A stretch of 50,409 nt of DNA, counting the filler, from Dimargaris cristalligena (Eukaryota), in NCBI GenBank assembly GCA_003614675.1. It is 2 parts of 2 records of this genome, joined end to end, with 100 filler letters (N's around TTAATTAATTAA, not from the genome) between each part and the next. Parts side by side here need not be neighbours in the genome. Positions count along the whole stretch, not along the records: positions 1 to 25,164 come from ML002568.1; positions 25,265 to 50,409 come from ML002569.1. One strand, given 5' to 3'. Positions 23,668 through 33,790 of the stretch are shown here, in pieces. Every line of letters begins with the position of its first letter. Positions within the stretch are counted from its first letter, which is position 1. The notes under the pieces were generated by a model. It made no database searches, was not told where the DNA came from, and saw nothing but the letters and a program-made list of their open reading frames with translations. Position numbers and translations under genes: made by a program.

Positions 23668-24800
23668 TACACGGTCTGACCCAAAAGTTTTTCACTAGTA
23701 CTCTAAAATGAAAATGGTTTAAGTTATTTACATTTTTTTTCTGTTTATTTAAAATAGGATCCTTTTTCATCAATACACCGTTGGAATCACCCAAACAATG
23801 AGTGGAAGCGGCTTAGAAACCCATCCTTTAAGGTGCCTTTTAGGATGTCAGTCACAGTGTCTTAGATATCCTGTATGGAGCTGTAACTCTTCACTTTTAT
23901 AGCCAGCTTAAGTATTGGGAATAGCCAGAAGTCAGCTGGAGCTAGATCAGGTGAATATGATGGGTAGTCAAGTGCTACTACACCTCTTTTAGCTAGATAT
24001 GCCCAGATAATTTTGCACTTGTGTACAGGTGCATTATTATAGAGGAGACTCCAGAATCCTTACTTCTTGTACTCTGGCCTTATATGGTTGATCCTTACTA
24101 GTAGGCGTATCAACACTCCCAGGTAGTAATGGCTAGTGACTATTTAGCCTTGGGGAGTGAATTCCTGGTGGACAATCCCCTTAGAGTAAAAAAAAACAGT
24201 GAGCAAAGTCTTGATTTAGCTTAGTTGAAGGTATGATTTCTTTAGTCTTGGATCTTCAGTACCTACCCACTTAGAGCTTCTACATTTTGTTGATGGCTTA
24301 TATTAGAAGTACCAAGTCTTATCACCAGTAGTAATACTTCTGGCAGAGTTTTAGTCATTTTCACCTATTTTCTGTATGTCCAAGTTGTAGTCTACTCTGG
24401 ACATCATTTGGTCATTAATTAGCTGGTGGGGGACAAATTGGGTGCAGATCTTTTTTAGATATAAATCCTTGACCAGAATCCTATTGATAGTAGTCCTAGG
24501 TATTCCAGTTATATCCTTGAGTAATTGGGTAGTCATCCACTGGTCTGTTTTCAGGATATCAGTAACCATTTGGATGTGTTGCTTACTACACCCTTCCTTT
24601 GGGCATCCTGAATGGAAGTTGTTCTCAATATCTTCCCAACCTTCTTTAAATCTTGCAAACTAATAGAAAATAGTCCTAAGAGTCACAGTACCATCCCTTT
24701 ATATATTTTGGATTATCTCCAGGGTCTCATTAGCACTTTTTCTAAGCTTATAATAGAGCCTAATGTTCAATCAAATTTCAGAATTTGAATATATGATGAG
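23668..24800 (-). mobile_element. Decayed Tc1/mariner DD34D transposon; transposase pseudogene ~24794-23745 and one TIR
   Basis: Minus strand gives HTH KLRKSANETLEII...FARFKEG, then FVPHQL, TGDKTW, LLYNNAPVH, YSPDLAPADFWLFP and CIDEKGSYFK*. TA followed by CACGGTCTGACCCAAAAG at 23668 resembles a mariner TIR. Multiple in-frame stops. Confidence 0.9.
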
Positions 24801-25055
24801 GTATAGTGAACTCACCTCATTTTTACCTATTTTTCACACTTATAATAAGTATGCCCCTGATGAGTATAGCCAATTTAAGCCTAAATTATTAGTATAGTAT
24901 TTTCCTATATATACCCCTGACTAAGCTGCACCCCTGCATTTATACTACCCTGGCCTGACTGTGCCCCTATTTTAAGTATGGCTAAAAATAGCTTTCTCCC
25001 TTTCCCTTTTTTCTTCTATTGTTTCACATTAAATTTATTGGTTACCTAAGTATTA

Positions 25056-25115
25056 CCTATTGTAAAGAACTAAAATCAAATCCTTGAAAATTAAACCTTA
25101 TTTGAAAAAATAGAT
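25056..25115 (-). repeat. Inverted copy of window positions 1-60
   Basis: 54/60 identity by manual alignment; lies next to the assembly gap. Confidence 0.85.
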
Positions 25116-25164
25116 GATAAGAAGGGAAAGGTGATGATAGACTTGCTGTTCCAAGAGGTGGCAC

Positions 25165-25264
25165 NNNNNNNNNNNNNNNNNNNNNNNNNNNNNNNNNNNN
25201 NNNNNNNNTTAATTAATTAANNNNNNNNNNNNNNNNNNNNNNNNNNNNNNNNNNNNNNNNNNNN
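25165..25264. other. Assembly gap/linker: N44-TTAATTAATTAA-N44
   Basis: Exactly 100 nt with a central 12-mer giving stops in all six frames; an artificial spacer. Confidence 0.95.
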
Positions 25265-25551
25265 CACCGGCGGGTGTGTCATTTTTATAAGCAAGCCGAT
25301 ATAAAACGGAGGAATAAGATACTTCAAAAACTATTGTAAACCAACGGTTGATGAGTGGTTGTCTTCCTGGGGATGGGTTATATATACACTGGTCACACGG
25401 ACGGACGGCCTGTTCTATATTGGCAATTTTTTTCAAAGATATAGAGACTGGGACAGGTCCCAGGCCCTTGTATACGACCAAGTCAGTGTCGGTAATGTGT
25501 TGAGCTTTTTAAAAGACTCGCCTGCTTTATGATTCGTAGCAGGTCTCCCGC

Positions 25552-25893
25552 TCACAGGATACCTTTATTTAACTCAGTGGGCGAAGCGGGTGAAGTGGGA
25601 GGGGTAGGGTAATTTCGGTTGCTAGAACCGGGTAGATATTCCCTTTTCCCTCCCCCGACATGGTGGCCTTTGTCCCCGGCCGGGGCGCTGTCTACCTGCG
25701 GCGACGGTAGTGCTGACGCTGCAGGTGTTACGGGTGCTACTATTGGTGGTGGTGAGCGCTGTCCGGGGTGGTCGGTGTTTGACGGGTGGAGTTCCCGGTG
25801 AGCGGTTACCAGGACCAACCGAAGGGCTTTGGTGAGGTGAGCCTTCACTTGTTGACTCCGACTTGGGGTAGGATGCATCGTAAACCGTACCAT
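25552..25893 (-). CDS. Possible small Pro-rich hypothetical protein, 113 aa
   Basis: GC-rich island, good start context (acaaacgaccATGG), TATA-like tatata at ~26000. No recognisable domain. Confidence 0.4.
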   Translation of the reverse strand: MVRFTMHPTPSRSQQVKAHLTKALRLVLVTAHRELHPSNTDHPGQRSPPPIVAPVTPAASALPSPQVDSAPAGDKGHHVGGGKREYLPGSSNRNYPTPPTSPASPTELNKGIL

Positions 25894-27196
25894 GGTCGTT
25901 TGTTTGTATTGCGGGAGGTTATTGTGGAATTGAAGAAATCGCGACCCAAAAAATAGTAATGCGTGGCTGGGAAAAAGACCGATACGGGAATAGTGTGGAT
26001 ATATAGAAAGCTAAAATCAGCAAAGCGGAGAGCGAACTTGTCGAAAATGATATTTGAATTTACAGACCTTCATCCCCTGTTTATACCCATCAATTAGATT
26101 TAGGATACTGATATATTATTTACCGAGGAAGCACGTTCCTAAAATAGATGGTTGGTTATTGAAAGGCCGGAGAATTTATATCTTAAAGAACTTCCTTCCC
26201 ATTCACATCGCTAGTGGCGGTCATTATTCGGCCAAGACCCGAAAAGAAAAAAACGGGGCGGTGGCCTAATCATAAACCCCACGTCATGGTAATGGTTCAG
26301 CTCGAATCATTTTATCTTTTTGAAATAGCATTGACCAGATTATGCGACCATCGCCGTTGTGCAAGTCGCCACAATTACACACAATCGCCAACTTTTCAGC
26401 CACCCAATGCATGAAATCTGCCATTGGGTTTACAGCTCATTTACCAACTCCCACTCTATTTTGTGTATTGTTGCGGCCCACTTGCTCTCCTTGAGAGTCA
26501 AAAGCGCAACTTCCCTTGGATAGATTCTTTAACCAAGGTCCGGAATGCCAGGAGTACAAACCAACAGGCGGTTCCAAACAGCTAGAAGAGACCCGCCCGC
26601 GCCTCTTCTTCCCACCTTGACACATTTACTATTTAGAGGGTGTATTCTCGAGTCCCGGCTTATCTACTCGCCCCGTAATCTAACTAGTGATTAGCTTTAA
26701 ACGGGACATGTGGTATGAATGAGAATACACACCACAGCCCTCCCCTCCTTTATCCCAATAAAATGGCCCATGTGAAATACCTCCAGCTTAGACAATTTTG
26801 TCATTGGACGACCCCGTTCCGCTTTAGTTTATCGATTTGATGGGGTGCTTTCGTTGTTTCTACATGTTTCATTGGCTGATATACTGAGAAGTGAGAGGGG
26901 GGAGGGGGCACGTTAATAAAGAGCAGTCTGATCAGAACGCCTCTTGAAACACTCCTATGACCCTCCTTCTTCCCACTTGAATCTAATATATAACCCGCCT
27001 CCGCCACTAAACCGACAGGCTGCACTACCCCTGACAGAATGGGGCTGACTGGACTCGGGTACTTTAACTTTCCGTTGAGCCAGTGACAACCAGCACTCCC
27101 TTGTTTCCCCAACGCACATATACTTCTATTTAGTATTGCTTTCATTCATTGATTCAATTCTGCCTTCACGACTTCCTTATTATTAGTCAGCGAACT

Positions 27197-30100
27197 ATGG
27201 CCCCGCGTTTACCATATCCGTATGCCACTGGTATCCCATTCCAGTCCAACCGATCCCCGGTAGTTGGCACCCGCGGTATGGTGGCCTGTACGTAAGTAAA
27301 ACACTCCTTCTCGGGCGGAAACTTTGATGATTTGTCGAAATTTCGCTTCACTCTCGCCGTCCGTTTTATCCTCAACGGATACAATCGGGGCAGTGAACAC
27401 TGGCTACACAACACCACTAACAACGCACTATTTACGGCATGTATTACCTATTCTAATACTTGATACCGTGCAGTCAGCCACTTGCTAGCCAAATCGGGCT
27501 CGACATTCTTAAGCGAGGCGGAAATGCTGCTGTAAGTATCCATTGGTTACCCGGGTCTGGCCGCAGGTTGACTTCCAACCGCAATTTTTGGATACCACCT
27601 CACAAAAATCAGTATGATTTAAGGTCACTCTTAAACACTACGTAACTGGATATCTAAATGCACCTTTAATGTAAACCCCCTCACCACCCTTAGGATGCTG
27701 CCGTGGCTGTAGGTAAAGTTCGTGAATAAGTGGCACGTTGGATTTTCGGGACCGCGTGAGGGACTGCGTCCATCCATCGCACCTGGGAGACATTGCTATC
27801 GCTTGCCGAATCGGGAGTTGGCTATCCCATGAACCTGCAATTAATGATTGTCATTGTCCTACCCCTGCTGTTATGATACATATTTCTCCCACCAATCGAC
27901 CTATTTTACATGGTCCGGCTGCCGGCAATTTAAAGCCGCTGCACTCTGTGTGCTAGGTAAGTCTCCATCAGCGAACGAGCCAGTAGACGAGAAGAGACTG
28001 CATGAAACACATGTCGTCCTTTACGCTCAGCAAGCCAAAGGGAATTTTATATACATGCCATACAGCTAACCCACCATACACGTACTCTGGGGTTATTGCC
28101 AACCATTAGAGCCGTACTCCACCGGCTTGGGGGGTGACTGCTTCTGCCTGTTCTACAACGCCTCCACCCGCAAGGTCGACGGTATCAATGGATCTGGCAG
28201 GTAATTCAAACCACCCTACACCGGGTTACCGAATATTGGAGCGGCTATTTTACCAACCCTATGATTGCTACGTTTTCCACTAGACAGATATACTTTGCTT
28301 AACACGCCTTCTTCTAAGTCATATGGTACATGATTAGTTTTTTGAATGACAAACCACTATTGTTAATTTCTTATGGTGTCTGTTCACGACCATTTCAACT
28401 GTTTAGATCGGCTGCGGGAATAAGTTTGGACCACGTGAAGAAGGTGATTGGTCCGAATGCCACCGAACTTCCCCAAACCAGCGGGCTAGCCGTCAATGTG
28501 CCGGGCGCTGTGGCGGGTATGTTAGATACCCTGGAAGCCTTTGGGTCTGGTCTAATCGATCGAAAAACCGCCCTGGAGCCCGCGATTCAGTTGGCGAGAG
28601 AAGGGTAAGTTACATTTCATTATATTGGCCCACTAAAAAATAATAATAAAAGCGGGGAAGGTACAATTCAAGTTGCATTTTAATGCTCATCTCGTTCTTC
28701 TATATTGTATACCTCACCTCCTGTAATGCAACCTACTTACGCCTGGACCTTTGGGTTATATTCCCCTAAAATATCACCACCTTAAATTTATGATAACAGC
28801 TTTCCAGTTTCCCCAATTACCGCTCAAACAGTAAGTTATTCGAGTTATATTTCTCAAAGTTGGGTTCAGATGCCCATGTTACTTTTGGCTATTCTTTAAG
28901 TCAGCGTTTCCATTAATACGTATATTATACGTTCCCCGATTACTACAGTGGTCCCGTTCGGCGGAAAAACTCAAAAGAATCTCGCCCAATAGTCACGACT
29001 TCCTGATCAACGGCCATGGGCCCCGTTCCGGTCAGATTATGACCAACGTTAATATGGCCAGGTAAGTCCTATTACATTTGGTCCTTAATTTTCCAATTCA
29101 TAATGAATGGTCCATGATTCATGTGGATGAAATTCAAACCAGCTGTATAAGGTTTTACATAATACGTGTATGGGCGAATATATGTGAGAATAGCTTTTAA
29201 CCAGTAATATTGACCTCATCCAATGGATGTTTCGTTATACAGCCTGAATGAACTTCTCCCATGTTCATTTTTTCCCTGACTACTAATCTTTTTACTAATT
29301 TTAGTCACCCCAATTATGGGGTTGGGGGACATGATCATGCCATGCAGATCCTTGGAAATTATCTCCAATGAAGGAAAAGCAGGGTTTTACCAAGGTGAAA
29401 TAGCCCAAGCCATTGTTGACGCTGTCACGGCCCACGGGGGCTTATTAACGACCGAGGATCTAGCAAACCATACTTCGATTCCTGTGAAGCCGATCCGGGC
29501 CCAATACCAAGGGGTCGAAGTATTCGAATGCCCTCCAAATGGCCAAGGTAAGTTACGAATATATATATATTGGTGTAGAGCAGATGGGTTATACCTTAAC
29601 AATTGGCACAACCGTAGAGGAACATCATTCGGGTATTTGTAAAGTATTAGTTTGGTCATTATTGCTAAACTATCGCCAACGGCTAATTTGTGATGTATCG
29701 GGTCCATTCAATATTGTATCCAACATTAATCGAACTATGGGCTCTTTACTACTGCTTACCTGGATACCTCCCTCCTTTCACTACAATACCTTCTAGGCCT
29801 TACGGTTCTAATGGCCCTCAAATACCTGGAGGAGTTTGAGCGTACCGGGAAAATCCGGCCCTTTTCCGCCATGGTACCGGGCAGCGCCGAACACTACCAT
29901 CCGCTCATCGAAGCCTTGCGTCTCTCTTTTGTTGATACACGGTGGTACGTCTGTGATCCTGCCTCCCGCCTACCTCCGGCTCTACCCGCCGAGGAGACCC
30001 TTTTGGATCAGGCTTATCTCACCCGCCGGGCCCGGTTATTCGATCCGCACCGGCGAATGACGGACTTGCGCCACGGTGGACCTGGCGACGCAGATGGAGC

Positions 30101-30869
30101 CGGGGCCGGAGGGGTTGTTCCAGCATCGGATGGGCGGCCCCTACCCGGGTGTGATACCGTTTATTTCGCGGTGGTGGATGGTCGGGGTAATGCCTGTAGT
30201 TTCGTCATGTCCATTTACTCTAATTTTGGAACCTGCATCATCCCAGAGATCCGGGGGAGCTGCTCCCCCCTCACCAACTCCAACTCCAGCTCCGCTACGG
30301 TGGGATTCGCTCTCCACAACCGAGGGTGTGGCTTTAGTCTCGATCCGACTAGCCTTAATGCCCTAGGTCCCGCCAAACGTCCCTACCACACGATAATTCC
30401 GGGACTCGTCACCACCCCAACCCAAGCCCCAGTGGAGGGAAGGGGGAGGACCTTACCTTCCGCTGACGAGCCCGTGGTATCCGTCGCTGGAGACCCCGCG
30501 ACAATGGACGACGGTGAACTCCTCTACTGTTTCGGTGTCATGGGCAAATTCATGCAGCCCCAGGGGCACGTACAAACCCTGGTCCACATGCTCGGTTTTG
30601 GCCACGATCCCCAAACGGCACTGGATGGGCCCCGGTTCCGCCTCAATTTAGACGAAGACACGGTATCCATCGAAGAGACCCCTGCTACCGCGACGGTGGT
30701 TGCCGATTTGGAACGGCTCGGCCACAAAGTGGAGGTCGTACGCGGAATTGGGCGACATGATATGGGAAGGGGCCAGATTATTAGTCGAACGCACGACGAG
30801 GAATCGCAGAGATTTGTACTGACAGGTGCATCCGAGCCGCGTGCAGACGGTCAGGCGGTGGGCTGGTAG
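27197..30869 (+). CDS. Gamma-glutamyltranspeptidase family protein (YwrD-like, no signal peptide); 10 exons: 27197-27291, 27474-27531, 27694-27712, 27936-27956, 28110-28200, 28407-28604, 28800-28830, 28949-29061, 29348-29547, 29797-30869
   Basis: Splicing yields the continuous GGT signature [51 protein letters not shown], then [26 protein letters not shown] (Thr nucleophile), [22 protein letters not shown] and [11 protein letters not shown]. Confidence 0.92.
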
Positions 30870-32365
30870 AACATTATAGCTTGGTTTGATTCCATCGAAA
30901 CAACTCGGCGCCCCGTACTTGTAATGTCCGATTGCCCCTTTTTATAAGATCAAGGGCGAACCTATCTTTCATTAACCGACTATAGTTCGCCAGTATCCAC
31001 TGGCTCTCTTTCTTACTCACTATTTCAACCATAGTTATACCCTAGTAAACGCCCCGTCTAGATCTCGGATGAACTGATGATTAGTCTGTTAAACCTCAAT
31101 TTAATTTAATTGATACCATCTGGAGAGCCGGGGTTGCAATTTAATAACCTAATTACATGTCTATATAACACCACCTTCCCCCTAAGCTTCCAATTACGGA
31201 CTATGACATGTCCCAGAACACTTATGTAATTATAAATGAAACCGTAGTAGATAGATCCCGAGTGTACAGAGGAGTTAAAGAGTGGGGGGGGTTATAATCC
31301 AACGGCTTTTCACTATCGATGTATGAGACAGAACACGGTCAGAACAACATTTATAGGTACTAATGGAGAGAGGGGGCACGACGCGTACTGACAAAATCTC
31401 TAGTGGGATGGGTTGGCGTAAGACCCGCGCACATAACACAACACAGCAGAAAGGGAGATGCACTGTGCCGTTTTTAAACACAAAAATAAAGAATCAAAAA
31501 CAGCTGCCGGAATAGATCTCGTCGGAATAGCAGGGCCTTCCGGGTAAACTGTGGGGCTGATAAAAAAAAGGAGATGAAATGGCAGGCGGAAAATATGAAC
31601 TAGTCAAAGTAAGGGGGCGGAGAAAAAGTAGAAAACAAAGGGCAACACGCACTAATCCAGAGCATTGCAACCTGACTAAAGAAACAAGTGAAACTACAAT
31701 CGATACAACACTAACTATTCTTCAATCGGTTTGCCAAATGAGAAACTAAAATAAAAGGGGCTGAAAGAATGAAATAAGGATTCACAATGAGCAGAGGGAT
31801 GAGAGGGGGTAAGGACGGAGAGATTTTGGAAATAAAGGAACGAAGCGTCGGCCGCATTACAAATAATAACTGGAGGGATAGGGGAGCCCCTTTTTTTCAA
31901 CACAAACAGGATAAGCATGGTATACTAGGCATGGGGCCGAAAAGGAATAAGATCAAAAAACGTGGGGTACATTGGCTATGGGAGTAATTTCATACAGGAC
32001 CGAAGCAACACAAGCGCATCCGAAGCCCTGGTGTACGCCTAGCAATTGCTTCACAAACCTCCCACCAACCAGGCTCTATAGTCATCAAACTGGGAGTTCG
32101 TCGCATCAACATACCTAAGTAGATGGCCGTAGAACTCCCCAGAGGAGAAAACAGAACCCCGGGAAAGGGGGAGAAGTCGGGTAGGTAAGTAGAATAGATA
32201 GATACGGGTAAAGATGCGATTGTGCAGCGGAATGTATGACGAATGACTTCAGAATGGCACTCGAGTAATGTACAGGGAAGATGGACAGAAATATGGAGGA
32301 ACTGGTTCATCATAGAAGTGGCGCTACGAGAGAAAGGGGAGGGGCAAATCTAATCGCACGAGACA

Positions 32366-33790
32366 TTAAGTGGAACCGAAGTTCCCACGACCGAAGGGAC
32401 TGCTGTTGACACCGAAGCCGTAGGCGTTGAAGTTGGGGTTCTGCTGCGCCGTGCCGAAGGGGTTAGGCGGAGCCTGGGTAGTGAAAGAGGAGCCGCCCAG
32501 TGGATTGGCGGCAGAGAATGAGCCCATAGTGGCATAGGGGGAGTTGGGCGAGTAGCCCCCTTGGGGCTGTTGCTGCTGCTGCTGTGGTTGCTGCTGCTGG
32601 TGGTGGGAGAGATTACCCATGTTGAACCCGCCTAGATTCGAGGAACGGGGCTGCTGCAGGGCCATGCGGTGGGCGGTCATGTCAGCTGGGTAGCCCCCTT
32701 GGCTGTATGCCCCAAAATTCAGCACTGCCCCGGGATGATGCGCCATCTGGTTCCCGTACAGGGGAGGCAGCTGACTGTAGGTGTTGTTGCTGTAGCCAAC
32801 CCGGCCATATGGGCTAAAACTAGGTGAGACTCGGTTCCGGCCGGCCCGTGGGTCGCCCTGAACAGAGGTGCCGTTGGGGCCAGTTACATTCGTGGCCTGG
32901 TAGCCCTTGGGGCCAGTGATAACGTCGAATTCGACCTACATAATACAAGAAAAGGGGGGCAGAGGTATAATACACACCAGTATTGGAGCTTAGAACGAGC
33001 ATTTGGTTACAGTAGTGACGGGGGACGTGGCTCCGCAGTCACGGGCCAAGAATGTGGCATCTGGGAGGATGGACGATCCTGCCAGATGGGATGCCCCACT
33101 GACCCTCATTGTCAGTGCGTCCACTTCCCATTTTTAGATCCCCACACATACAGTGGGGGGTAGGGAGGGCAGCAAACCGGAAACGGCAGGAGGGGAGCGA
33201 TCCCCACCACAGTCGGGGGTTTGACAGGGCTGGATGGTCACTCTTCGGAACCTTTTAAATTACCTTTTCGCCCTATTTGATCGATCATAGTGAGGAAGCC
33301 GGGGTTCAGTAGTCAGGGAGAGGCGAGTGTTAAAGTGGGGGGAGTAATTTAGATAGGGGTATAGGTGGAAGCATGAATCTAAAGCGAGTTACAAGTGGCC
33401 GGCTGGGCACTATCGAAACTCCGAATGATACGATTAAATATAATGGGGGTATTGTGACCCGTTGGGCTATAGGCACTTACCTCGGCTAGACTCTTGAAGC
33501 CACCGTTATTTATGATGACAGAGTGGTGCACGAATACTGGTGATCAGATCAAAAGGAGTAAAAATAAACATCAGACAGATTGGCCAAAATATCCGGGTAA
33601 GAGATGGGTGGGGGTGGGCGGTGATTGATGGCTGCTTGGGGAACCCTTTCTAACCGAGAGAGAGAGAATGGTGAAGAGGGGACGGGACTGTACCTTCGGC
33701 GTTGTTCAGTTCGAGGGGGTCGTCAGGGAGAATGAAGCCAAAACCTTTCTGGCTATTGAAGAACTTAACGGTACCGGTTTTGCGAGACAT
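32366..33790 (-). CDS. Cold-shock domain RNA-binding protein with a Q/N/G/Y-rich tail; exons 33790-33694, 33536-33481, 33272-33264, 32935-32366
   Basis: Spliced product MSRKTGTVKFFNSQKGFGFI...[43 protein letters not shown] contains RNP1 and RNP2. All junctions are GT-AG and in frame. Confidence 0.92.

Noticed and set aside
25209-25220. Palindromic TTAATTAATTAA between N runs, and the ORF 25209-25481 running into it
   Set aside because: Artificial six-frame-stop gap linker, not biology.
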